A stretch of DNA of 64,000 bases from Eremomyces bilateralis CBS 781.70. Lineage: Eukaryota. Positions 52,829-64,000 of this stretch are shown one piece after another. The notes under the pieces are model-generated. The model worked only from the letters and a program-made list of their open reading frames with translations. It was not told the origin of the DNA and ran no database searches. Location of the stretch: NCBI GenBank assembly GCA_010015585.1, contig ML975149.1, one strand, 5' to 3'. A program made the position numbers and the translations under genes. Within the stretch, counting starts at the first letter, position 1. Each line of letters begins with the position of its first letter.

Positions 52829-54254
52829 GCTTGTAGATCTAAAACCAATGGAGGAACGCGAAGGGGCCATGCCGTTCTGCTCCATGTATGCAGCCTATGT
52901 GGTCTATTTCTATGAACCAGTTCCATGCTCGTCATGAGCCGAATGTATCGCATGGTTTCTCATATGCCGAGAATCTAGCGCTGTGTAAATGCGACTAGTT
53001 GGAAATTCCTCTGAACATTGGCCACCAAGATACCCCTAGCATATTCATGGCAAAATAAATGACCTGGACGGTCTCCCCATTGTTCAAAGGGGAGATAGCG
53101 TAGAGAGTGGTGGGTTGGGGACACCGGTAGGTCCGCATCACACCATCAGACACATACCTACACAAGGATTGGTTGTGTGGCCGAATTCTGGTCTACTTAC
53201 CAAGCCCGCGCTATCGAGTTGGTCACTGGTGTATAAATTCGTCAGCTCCTACGGTCCCAGAAACGGCATCCCAGACGACAGCGGTCGGGTGGACTTTCAG
53301 ACCTCTATGGAGTCGTCAGACATATCTATGTTGATGTTAGTGAACAAAAGGGAGTGTATACGGTCCGCTGATTACCAAACCTTCCTCGCCTTGTCTAGTG
53401 AGGCTTAAATTTAACTAATTAATGTTCTAATAGGTTTCGCACAGCCTCATTCCTGCAAGAGTTTGAATCACCCGTGGTTTGACCGCACTGGTAACCATGT
53501 ACAGGACGAGACTTCTCGCAAGGAAATTGGAGGCGTCCTTATCACAAAACCGGCATAACATCGCTGCTATCATGTAGATCACTTACATTTGCCCACGTGA
53601 AGACACCTCCTCTTAACAGGGTCGATATGGTTTCTCGAATCGCCAGTGGCAAATGATATGACTGAGGAATAACGTCCACTGAGGGACGTGCTTGCCTAAT
53701 ATCTAGCGGATTGCGTCAACATCCAAGTTCCACTCGGGACGGGTGTTTGCATCAAACGTGTCAAAATATGGGTGAAACTTCAACCCGTCTAGTTCGCCGG
53801 CGAATGTTTTCATGTCTCTTTCCATGGCTCTTTTGCGGGACATAGATTCAGGGACTTTGGAGAGAGCCTGCTGGATTTTTCGTTCCTCGAGAACCTCACG
53901 GAGCATCCGAATCCGCTTAAACAGCTAAGCGAACCATGACTGATCACTTGTTACCCAGAGACGCATAAACTGCTTAAAGCCGCTCCTTTGATGATTGATA
54001 ATATCTCGCCGGATCTAGAAATGGACTTGAAGTTCATCAATACGCGTAATCACGTGATAGAATCATTATATATGCCTAATTAGCCTGGGGCTACTATTTC
54101 GAGCCCTGCCACACTTTTCGCATCTCGCCCCACATTAAATCGAACAGCCACCAGCATGAAAACTCAACTTTGAGGGGAAAGTAGCTTTCTACATCTCCCG
54201 ACCGTTTTGCAATAATTCGATTAGACAGAATCAGAAAACTCCCTACGCCTCAAG

Positions 54255-56391
54255 ATGGGTCAATACAAGAAGGAAGCGGCCCGAAAGGATCGGGAAGGGA
54301 AAATCAAAGGCGATCCCAAAATTAAGGGCGAGAACTTCTACAGGTACGAGAGCACACTGAGCCAACGGATGGATAAACGGTTACTAACTCTAGCCGGTAG
54401 AAATGCAAAGAAGCTCAAGACCCTTAATATGTTCAATGAGGGGAAGGCAGAGAGAAACGCTTCCGGCAGGATCACGAAAGCCGCAACCTTTCAATCAAGA
54501 GACATTCCAAATGCGAGAGTCGAGCCACACCGCAAATGGTTCACGAACTCAAGAGTTATCTCCCAAACCGCCTTGAATGCATTTCGCGATGCCGTCACCG
54601 CTCAGACTTCCGATCCCTATTCCTACCTCCTCAAACGCAACAAGATCCCCATGACTTTGATCCGCGACAACCTGCATGAGAACGGCGTGAAGAAACATAA
54701 GGCCAAGATGGCGCTCGAGACGATGCCGTTCAGCGAGACCTTCGGCCCGAAAGCGCGGCGAAAGAAGGTGCAGCTGGATGTGAGTTCCATGGAGGATTTC
54801 GCCAAGCGGGCGGAACAGATGCAGGATGATTATGATGGGAAGCAGGAGGAGGCCAAGGCACTCTTCCCGGACAACGATGCTGATGGCAACGTTGTTATGG
54901 ACTTGGATGACACGTTGAACACTGCCAAAGAAGCAATCTTCTCCAAGGGCCAGAGTAAGAGGATATGGAACGAGCTCTACAAAGTCATCGACTCCTCAGA
55001 CGTGATCATACATGGTACGAAATCCAAGAAACTTTGAGGCTACAATTTCTAACTTATGCCAGTCCTCGATGCCAGAGATCCGTTAGGTACACGGTGTCGG
55101 AGTGTGGAGAAGTACATCCGAGAGGAGGCTGCACACAAGCATTTATTGTTCGCCTTGAACAAATGCGATCTGGTGCCCTCCAGGGTCGCCGTAAGTCCTA
55201 TTTCCTTCTCCCCTTTCCGATCTAGATTCCCATTGTTAAGTCAAGACTCCTTCCTTATCTCCCGTGGAAGGGGTCTGTTACAACTTTGGGAGATAAATTC
55301 GACCTCGCGCTCCCATGGTCGTTTTGATTATGGGAGCAAGCCGCCGGCCGTTCTGGCCTGGCTTTGAGGTCTTTCGTGAATCTCTCGAGTTGGGCGCAGC
55401 CTACATTTCCGATGGCTGCACTCTTAGTGATGAATCATACATTCAACAATTTCATGCTTGAACTTGCGTTTATACGACGGTGTACTGATCGTTTCAGGCC
55501 CGATGGGTGAAGATCCTTTCCAAGGAGTATCCAACAATGGCGTTCCGCTCCTCGATCACCAATCCGTTCGGCAAAGGTGCCCTGATCAATGTCCTACGAC
55601 AGTTTTCGTCGCTGCATAAGGATCGAAGACAAATATCCGTAGGATTCATCGGATATCCCAACACTGGAAAGTCTTCGATGATCAATGCCCTACGAAGCAA
55701 GAAAGTCTGCACCGTTGCACCCATGTAAGTTATTCTACATTAATTCCATGCTTATTCGCTGACCATAAACAGCCCTGGCGAGACAAAGGAATGGCAATAC
55801 ATCACCTTGATGAAGAGGATATACCTGATCGATTGCCCTGGTGTTGTCCCACCGAGCAACAACAACACCGACGAAGACATCCTCCTACGAGGGGTTGTCC
55901 GCGTCGAGCGAGTCGAGCACCCCGAGCAATACATCGACGCCGTGCTCAAGCGGTGTCGCCAGCGCCATGTCGAACTGACCTACGAAATCAGCGGATATAA
56001 TAATTCCACCGAGTTCCTGGAGATGATCGCCAGAAAGCGTGGACGGCTGCTGAAAGGCGGGGAGGCCGATCTATCGGGCGTGGCGAAGCTGGTCCTCAAT
56101 GACTTCCTCCGCGGAAAACTGCCGTGGTGCACGCTGCCTCCGGGTTGGGTGGAGGGCCCGAAAGGCCCGATATCAAAGGTCGGTGGTGACGATGCGGAAT
56201 CGGAAGTTGTTGAGTCCGCTGGTCTGGAGAGCGATCCTTTGTCGGATGAGGATGAGGATGAGGCGGGGAGCGATGACGCTGAGGATGAGGATGAGGTTGA
56301 GCAGGAAGGAGAGGGAGACAACGATGACGACGCTGCCGCTGCCGCTGAAGCATCGGAAGGTCAAAGCGATTTTGAAGGCTTTGAATCATGA
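54255..56391 (+). CDS. NOG2: Nucleolar GTPase Nog2 (5 exons)
   Basis: [68 protein letters not shown]. Confidence 0.97.
55225..55444 (+). ncRNA. snR191: Intronic H/ACA snoRNA, snR191/U19 type
   Basis: Inside 307-nt NOG2 intron 55191-55497; hairpin with pocket AGTCA (55239)/GTTAC (55277), H box AGATAA 55291, second pocket GAGT (55387)/TAGT (55425), ACA at 55439; both 3' guides begin 14 nt before their box. Confidence 0.85.
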
Positions 56392-56525
56392 GCACGATGC
56401 ATTCTAATGAACCTTATTGCATCCTTCATGAAATTCCTCCCTGGGCCTATGATACACGTATGATGCACGACCTATAGAGGTCACTCTATGATCAAAACCC
56501 GTCTATCCCATCTAAATTAAGACAT

Positions 56526-58235
56526 TTAGTTCTGCAAGTCACCCCCCATTCCTCCCAGGGTTATGCTCTTCATCACGAGGTATTCGTCAATGCCATAAAT
56601 ACTTCCTTCTCTCCCGAACCCGCTCTGCTTAATCCCACCAAACGGCGAAGCGGCATCGCTGATCAACCCCGTGTTCACCCCGATCATGCCCACCTCCAAC
56701 GCCTCGGCCACCCTCCATATCCTCTGAACGTCCTTCGAAAAGAAATATCCCGCCAACCCCACCTCGGTGTTATTTGCCAGCGTGACGACCTCCGCCTCGG
56801 TCTTGAACGGAAACAATCCTGCCACGGGGCCGAATGTCTCTTCGTGCGCAAGAAGCATGTCGGGCTTCATATCGCGCAAGACTGTGGGCTGGAAGAAATT
56901 GGAGCCGAGATCGGGGAGCTTCTGGCCACCGATCATGACTGTCGCGCCTTGGGATAGGGCATCCTGGACATGGCTTTCTGCCTTGCTGACGGCGCGATCG
57001 TGGATGAGGGGCCCATGGGTAACGCCTTCACCGTAGCCACCGCCAATCTTGAATCCCTTCACCTTCTCGGCGAACTTCGTCGCGAACTCCTCATAGATCC
57101 CCTCTTGGATATACAACCGATTCGCGCACACGCATGTCTGGCCGCTCGAGCGGAACTTCGAGGTGATAGCCCCCGTAACCGCCGCATCCACATCCGCATC
57201 GTCGAACACGATAAACGGCGCGTTCCCCCCGAGCTCGAAGCTGCATTTCTTTATCGTCCCACTCGCCTGCTTCATCAACAGCCGCCCCACATTCGTGCTC
57301 CCCGTAAAGCTAATCTTCCGCACCAGCGGATCCGTCGCCAACGTCTCCCCCACCGCCGGCGTGTTTGCCAGCGACGTCACTACGTTCATCACGCCCGGTG
57401 GCAACCCCGCACGTGCCGCCAGCTCCGCCAACGCCAGCGCCGTCAGCGGCGTCTCGCCCGGCGCCTTCGACACCGTCGTGCACCCGGCGGCGATAGCGGG
57501 TGCGAGCTTCCGCGTGATCATCGCGGCGGGGAAGTTCCACGGGGTTATGAGGCCGCAGACGCCGACGGGCTCCTTCGTGACGAGGACGCGATTGCCCGGG
57601 ATGCTGGCGGGGAGGACGGCGCCGTCGATCCGTGTGGCTTGCTCGGCGAACCATTCGATGAAGGTGGCGGCGTAGTTCACCTCGCCCCTGGCGTCGGCGA
57701 GGGGCTTGCCGTTTTCCCAGGTGATGATCTTCGCGAGGTCGTCGGTGTGCGCGACTGTTAGGTCATACCATTTGCGGAGGAAGCGGCTGCGTTCCTTGGC
57801 GGTGGTGCGGCGGAATGAGGCGAGGGCGTCGTTGGCGGAGCGGATTGCGCGCTGGGTTTCGGCGACGTCGAGCTCCGCGACATGGGTGATGAGTTTTCCG
57901 GTCGATGGGTCTATGGTCGAGTTAGAGTGCGAACTGATTGACTGATATTAGGTGACAGACCCTTTACTTCGAACGTCTTCCCTGAATCAGCATTTACCCA
58001 TTCGCCGTGGATGAATGCCTTCGATTTCAGGAGGGATTGGTCGTTTAGCTGGTTTCAACAGATGAGTACTTTGAATTCCCCTCTCTGCAGAGCTCTTTTG
58101 ACTTGAATCTGCACATACTGGAGGTATTGAATGACCTGTCGCGTAACATCTGCTTGATATCGGAACTGTCACTCGAAGCTGTAGCGTTGACACCAATGAC
58201 CGCGTCGACGATCTTGCCAACATCGTAGAAGCCAT
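56526..58235 (-). CDS. UGA2: Succinate-semialdehyde dehydrogenase, probable mitochondrial presequence (3 exons)
   Basis: ITPWNFPAAMITRK, FTGST, ELGGNAPF, FRSSGQTCVCANR, EETFGP, PFGGIKQSGFGREG. Confidence 0.93.
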
Positions 58236-58579
58236 TGCGGGCGACTGTGTCCTTTAATTTCAGTGAGGGAAGCTATATGGCAGAGGACGAACAATTTTCG
58301 ATCCTCAATCCACCCTATACTTCGTCTAGCTCGTTGGAGATTCTGACTCTCCGAATTCGCGATACTCCCCAAAACAAAATCCCCGCAATGGCCGAAGATG
58401 GTATCGCGCATATGACGTCGGCGCCTGATAATCGCCTTGATGCCTCACTCCGTCACAATTTTCAACTTCTGCCTGAGGCATTAGTATTGTGATTTTGCAA
58501 TGCTCTCCGAGTATGATATCCAGATCGCAGAACTATCAAATATTTTATTCACCGTGTACTTTGTCTTCATCCTTTAAAC

Positions 58580-59263
58580 ATGTCGGAAGTAGCTCCCCCA
58601 GCTAAGTTTAATGCCGAAGAGGCGGATAACTTTGAAGATGTATGGCCGATGATCTGGCTGAACAAATGAAGTCGTTACTAATGATCAAACACAGATCGAG
58701 AAGCAATTCGCCGTCAAAGGTCTTTGGCATCCGAACCATTTTCATAGACGTGAAAAATTGACTTAATTCCAGCCGTCCAGCAGATGCTCACCTATTGGGC
58801 GATCCTTCAAAAGATGCGTGGTTCCCGTTTACGGTTGACCAAGTACGACGACGAGATCTACGAGCACTTCAAGAAGGAATTCCCGGACTTCGACCCGAAA
58901 GCCACCATCAATGAAGACGAGATGAAGAGCAAGGCCGGCAAGGAGAGATGGCGGAATTTCGTCAATCAGTACGCGGAGAAGATCGAGGATTTCAATTATG
59001 GGACGATGCTCCGTGCCAATCCCAAGGACGAGTACGGCGAAAAGGAGACTATCTTCGGTTTGTTTTGCGATGATTTGGCATGGATATTCAATGATTGCTA
59101 ACGGGATTAGCCGTACGGATGCAGTTTTATGCGATCGAGATCGTGAGGTACGCAAAAATTCTATCATGACGTGTTTTCATCCTTGGACTAACCGATCTAC
59201 AGGAATAGGGAAGGCTTGAACGATTGGATTTACGAGAAAGAGCATCCAGAGGAAGCAAAATAA
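58580..59263 (+). CDS. PBDC1/YPL225W-like protein (polysaccharide biosynthesis domain; 5 exons)
   Basis: FNAEEADNFED/IEKQFAVK, LRLTKYDDEIYEHF, MKSKAGKERWRNF, DFNYGTMLR, RMQFYAIEIV/RNREGLND. Confidence 0.88.
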
Positions 59264-59595
59264 GCCAGTCGTCCACTGGCATGTAATGGTTTTGTTTCCC
59301 AGACCATCGACCAAGGGGGGAGAAATCAACAGCTGTCGACCATCATGCATCTTCAAAGAGCAAGAGATTGAAGCAGGTAGCTGAGACAGGATGGTACAAA
59401 ATCTGTACATATCTCAGTGTGTTGTATTAACAGAGCTCGACATTAGTTCGGTCTACGGATCCACCAGGTTAGAAGGAGATCTGTTTCGCTGAATTGTCAT
59501 GCTAAATCCTGGGACGTGGAACATTGCTCTAATACTCGATGTCCATGAAATGTTACATATCGAGTCAAATTGCAATCAGATAACCCTAAATCCGT

Positions 59596-61038
59596 CTATA
59601 ACTTGCTAGGCTTATCAAGCGCCGCACTCTGAGCCCTAAAGTGTTTCACCAACTCCCTGATTGACAAATCCAGGAGCACATCCTCGCTACCACCCGGTAT
59701 CCGAGCACCTGGGATCTCACGGTACAGCTCTGGTTGCGAATTAGTATCCTGTTTTCATATACCAAGCCAGAACAAGGGGATGGATAGACTTACTCTCAAC
59801 GACCTCTCCCTGTCCACTCCGGGTATATCCATTCCCCCCAAACAACAACACCGCCGTCCTCACGCATTCATCCAGCACCATCCCCGCCTTCGCCTTCGCC
59901 AACGCCGTCAACCCTCCCAACTCCCGATCTGCATCCTCCTTCTTCAACTTCGTCATCATATACACGAACTGCTCCACCCACGCCGACAAGCTCTCCAACT
60001 CCGCCCCGGCCTTCGCCAACCGATGCCGCACCACCGGCTGCTCGATCAGCGCCTTCCCAAACGCCTCACGCTTCATCACGTACTCGAACGCCGACGACAG
60101 CGCCACGCGCGCCGACCGCGTTACCCCGATCGCGATATTCAGCCGCTCGTGGTTGAAGTTCGTCATGATCATCTTCATGCCTTGGCCTTCTTCGCCGATG
60201 AGGTTCTCCACGGGCACTTTGACGTCGTCGAGCTCGATGAAGGTCGTGCCGGAGGTGGCGGCGCCGCTGTTTTTGAGGCGACGCATGGACACGCCTTCGT
60301 GGCCAAGGAGAGGGACGACGAGGAGGGAGAGGCCGGTGCGGCCAGGACCGCCGGTTCGGACGGCCATGGAGGCGTATTGTGACCAGACGCCGTTGGTAAT
60401 CCTATGAGCGGGATATCAGTGACTGTATTCAAGGCTGTCTGCCAAGATACTCACCATTTCTTCGAGCCATTCACGATATAGTACTTGCCACACGGTGACT
60501 TCTTGGCAGTAGTTTGTATATTAGCGACATCACTACCCGCACCCGGCTCCGTGATCGCAATGCAAATCCGCTTCCCTCCCCGCATCAGGTCCGGCAGGAA
60601 CCGATCCTGCAACTCCTTGCTCCCGTATTTGAGGATCGGAGGCACGCCGTACGCCATACCCGCGATCACCGAGTTCGGCGGCCCCGCCAGCCCCGCTCTC
60701 CGGATCTCGTTTACATACACGTAAAAGTGCAGGTAATCAAAGTCCTCCAACCGCAATCCGCCGGGCAGCTCGTAGATGCCGAGTCGGTTCAACGCCTCGA
60801 CGGGGAGCGGGGCCGGGAGGTTGGGAATGAGCATGTTAGCCTCGGTGAACTTCTGGAACACTTCCGGAGGGACTTCGCCTTCGTCTTCCCATTGAAGCGC
60901 ATTCTCATGCAGGTTCTTGCCGATGAATTCGCGGCAGACCTTTTGCCATTTGCGGTGGGATTCGTTGAAATATGGTGACGGGAGGCCGGCGAGCCACGGG
61001 GGTTCTGAAAAGGGGATGACCTTTGCTGGAGAGGCCAT
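59596..61038 (-). CDS. Acyl-CoA dehydrogenase with PTS1 (-SKL) (3 exons)
   Basis: IPFSEPPWL, CIAITEPGAGSDVA, VNGSKKW/ITNG, NFNHERL, REAFGK, LFGGNGYT, RIPGGSEDVLLDL; last codons AGC AAG TTA TAG. Confidence 0.93.
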
Positions 61039-62562
61039 TGTAAGTGGTTGAAATAGAAGCCCCGAAGAGGGTAGTGATTTTGTATACGGGCGACTTCAAG
61101 GGTGGAAGTGGATGACAAGAAAAAGACCTGTAGCCAAGAACGATACTAAGAACCTGCTGTGATCGACGTGTATAGCTATGCTTTCTTGAAGAATACTCAA
61201 GTCTTGAGGACAATGAAATATAGAAAAGGCCGCCGTACAGCACTCGGCTTGTCCCCTCAAGCTCGGCTAGAGGTAAGTACAGGTATGGGGTACTCCTCCG
61301 ACCCCGAGGTGCCAATACTACCTGTCTGCATCATCCAATCAGCGTATGGAAGAATAGCTGTAGATCACCTGATCCTTGTGAGTATCGCGCTCTAAATGCT
61401 GACTTAAAGCTGATCTCCGACATGTGGAACACGAAGTAGGACTGTTGGCTGTGGAGATATACCGAAATCTACCGCGACGGACAACACTGGCGACTCTGGG
61501 GTCGGGAGGTTGCTGGTGGGCCCGAGGCCGGATGCCGCCCGATGCCCACATAGCCGTGGGCACAGACCGTGATTGGCTGAGGCCCCGTATTTAGTCGCGT
61601 AGAAATCGGGCTTCCGATCCGAGACAATCAGATATCTAGTCACCTCACCAGGAGCATAAAAGGTTGAAGCGAATATTTGAGAAGATTTCACCTTGGAGGT
61701 CAAACTGTATTGGCAGCTAAGGTCGAATGAAGTGAAGGCCTGTGGACTAAGTAGTGATCTAGTCTGGATATTCAGCAAAGCGCACATCTGATTGGGTTAA
61801 TAGAATACATGATTTGCCGCTAAGAAGGTCGCATGCCATTGATTGGATAATCTCAATCCCACCTCCTCCTCACGCGGCTAATACCACCACGTCTCCTGGA
61901 CTTTATATAGACGAAGATCAAAGTGAGGACGACTAAGATAATCGAAGATATATTGATAAGTATGTATAATGCTGCATGATTGCAGCGGCAATATGATAAT
62001 ACATGCATCAGCGGTATCAACAGGTATCCTCCACCTCATATGAACTCCGCTTGCCATGAAATAAATCCATCGTGCTGGGTATAAAACAACTGTACAAGAA
62101 CAGAATTCCTCACCCTCTACCAACTCAACTGCTCCTGAACTCCATATGCACCTCAATTACTACCCTCACCCATCCATCGTTACCAACACGACCTCCAACC
62201 TTCAGATAACCCGCGAGAAGAGCCTTCCACCCATCCCCCACACCCTGCCCCCTCTTTCACATAATCTCACACTTCAAAACCCTCCTCCTCCTCTTCCTCT
62301 TAGGGCCCACCCCAGCCCGGCCCCCCATCAATCCCCCGGCCTCCCCCTCCCTCAACACCGCCTGCCTCCAATCTGACGCCCCATCCGACTCCTGTCGCCC
62401 CTCACCATCCTCCCGTTCAATCCCCGCTGCGTCGAGCATCTCGTCGCGGTCGCTCGGGTGCCCGTGGCGGGTGAAGGCGCGGGGGATGGTCATGGGTGGG
62501 GGGAAGGGGGAGCCGGAGGACGATGGGGGGGACGGGAAACGGGTTTCTTCTCGCGGTAATTG

Positions 62563-64000
62563 TCACCTGTGGCCTCTTTCGCGGGGCCGGGTTTGGTGGT
62601 GGTAGGTTGGGGGGGTGTCGTCGTAGGCGATGCGGATTTCGTCGCTGTGGCGGGAGGGGTCGAGGTCAGGTGGGTGGTCGTGGGATCGTGGGTGCGACTT
62701 GGGGCTGGTGTCGTGGTAGCCTGTGACGGCGTGGTGGATGGGGGTGGACTCGGGGCTGATGCTGCCTTGCTTCGTGTGGCGTAGGGAGCGCTGGCGGCCG
62801 GATGACGGGGGTGTGTTCGGGAGTGGTTTATCGATTGGGCTCGGCCCGACCGGAGTCTTTGGGCTCGGTCCAGCAGGTGTGCGAGCGCTGGGAGTGCGTT
62901 TGTGGGAGTGTGCGGGTGTGCGTGTCGTAGTGGAGCTTGTTCGGGTTGTCGCCGGAGATGTTCGTTGTGGGGTTGTAGAAGGAGGGGACACACGTCTTGA
63001 GGCTGTTCGTGATGGAGGACTTCCAGAAGAGCGACGGCGGAGTCTGGTTGTGGTGGATTGGGGTGATCGTTTCGAATCAGAGGGTTGTCGGGCGTGCCGG
63101 GGTTGTGTGGATGCCTGTGAGGTAGGGTAAATCGGCATGGGAATTGATGGTACTCCCACTGGCCGGGCGGTGGGCGGAATGTATGTGTAGGCATAGGACG
63201 CTGACACAACAGGGTCGTGCAGTGGACCAGAAGGTCGCGGATGACGCATAGACGGGAGTTGAACGGCAGCTGTTCGTGCTGGGCTTTCTGCAGTAGTGTC
63301 TCGCCTTGGAGAAGGTTTGGTGGTCACTGGAGCAGCCCGTGGTGATTCCCGAGACCGCGCTGGTGATGGCTGACTCGTTTGCGGCACCACGGGCTGTTGC
63401 ACTGCTCGTTCCGGTGTCGATTCTAGTGGCGTATGCTCTGATCTTGCAGTGCGCTCATTCTTTTTCCCTTTCCCTTGCGGCGTTCGCTGTTCTTCGCCCT
63501 CTGCATCTGGTTGGGGTGTCGGCTGCTCGCCAGGCGCAACTCGTCTCATCACGCCGCCGAGTAAGCCGACCAACCCTGCAACAACCTCAAACTCGGTGTC
63601 CGTCAACCCTTCGTCGGCGCGATATACCTCCCTAACCGCTCCTCGTGCGAGTCGCTTGGCCCCATCATAATCATGGGCGACATCCCACAAGAACGCGGAA
63701 TGCTCCAACGCGACCGAAAGTCGAAGGGGATGGGAGCCGGGAAGGAGAGTTGTGGATAGACTCGTCGCATGTGCGAATAGCGATGTTGTGGTCGGTATGT
63801 AGTTCAGAGCTGGAAGGATGAACGAGCTAGGATGTGGAGGAAGCGGTGAAAATCCCGGTGGTAGCCCTGGTGGCAATTGAGTTCGAGCTACTGAGCTTGG
63901 CCCCGCACCCGAAGTTGGAGTCGGAACCAGACCCGTGTTCTCGGGGCGTAGGGGAGTAATATTGGAGTATGGATTGGTGATATACGAGGCTTCCGACGTG
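62563..64000 (-). CDS. Divergent 14-3-3-like domain protein with disordered tail (5' end outside the window; candidate readthrough to 62257)
   Basis: Frame open to the window edge (TSEASYITNPY...); LLPGSHPLRLSVALEHSAFLWD...AKRLARGAV resembles 14-3-3 C-terminal helices. Confidence 0.75.
   Translation of the reverse strand, partial: TSEASYITNPYSNITPLRPENTGLVPTPTSGAGPSSVARTQLPPGLPPGFSPLPPHPSSFILPALNYIPTTTSLFAHATSLSTTLLPGSHPLRLSVALEHSAFLWDVAHDYDGAKRLARGAVREVYRADEGLTDTEFEVVAGLVGLLGGVMRRVAPGEQPTPQPDAEGEEQRTPQGKGKKNERTARSEHTPLESTPERAVQQPVVPQTSQPSPARSRESPRAAPVTTKPSPRRDTTAESPARTAAVQLPSMRHPRPSGPLHDPVVSASYAYTYIPPTARPVGVPSIPMPIYPTSQASTQPRHARQPSDSKRSPQSTTTRLRRRSSGSPPSRTASRRVSPPSTTPQRTSPATTRTSSTTTRTPAHSHKRTPSARTPAGPSPKTPVGPSPIDKPLPNTPPSSGRQRSLRHTKQGSISPESTPIHHAVTGYHDTSPKSHPRSHDHPPDLDPSRHSDEIRIAYDDTPPTYHHQTRPRERGHR

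Noticed and set aside
56970..57761. 263-aa plus-strand ORF (and similar antisense ORFs over Amt, APL6 and the acyl-CoA dehydrogenase)
   Set aside because: Expected shadows of GC-rich coding strands
62400..62566. Intron starting at CAG|GTGACA that would remove the TGA
   Set aside because: Weak donor and no CTRAC branch site plus YAG at a usual distance; not formally excluded without RNA-seq

Overview
Gene-dense window from a filamentous ascomycete (Pezizomycotina: short GT-AG introns with CTRAC branch sites, Zn2Cys6 factor). It holds about 24 protein-coding loci, mostly housekeeping: Bqt4-like APSES protein, Rho-GDI, PPG1, AP-3 beta, NDUFS4, ATP17, ammonium transporter, tubulin cofactor D, kinesin-5, URB1, NOG2, SSADH, PBDC1-like protein and a peroxisomal acyl-CoA dehydrogenase. 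An accessory-looking block at about 22.5-37 kb contains an intron-containing initiator-type tRNA-Met, an intact Zn2Cys6 factor/SDR divergent pair and a decayed DUF3435 (Starship captain-type) tyrosine recombinase. Main observations: (1) the 14-3-3-like gene at the right edge stops at TGA-CAA-TTA, a canonical readthrough context, and the frame stays open for 101 more codons, ending in a polybasic + CaaX tail (PKRKRRRRVLKCEIM*), which suggests a readthrough-controlled prenylation/membrane-targeting switch; (2) an H/ACA snoRNA (snR191/U19 type) lies in a NOG2 intron; (3) a candidate internal promoter sits inside a large PRRC2-like ORF; (4) a small secreted Cys-rich gene is pseudogenised. All family calls rest on motifs recognised by eye, with no database searches. 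Exon boundaries were read manually and may be off by a few bases.
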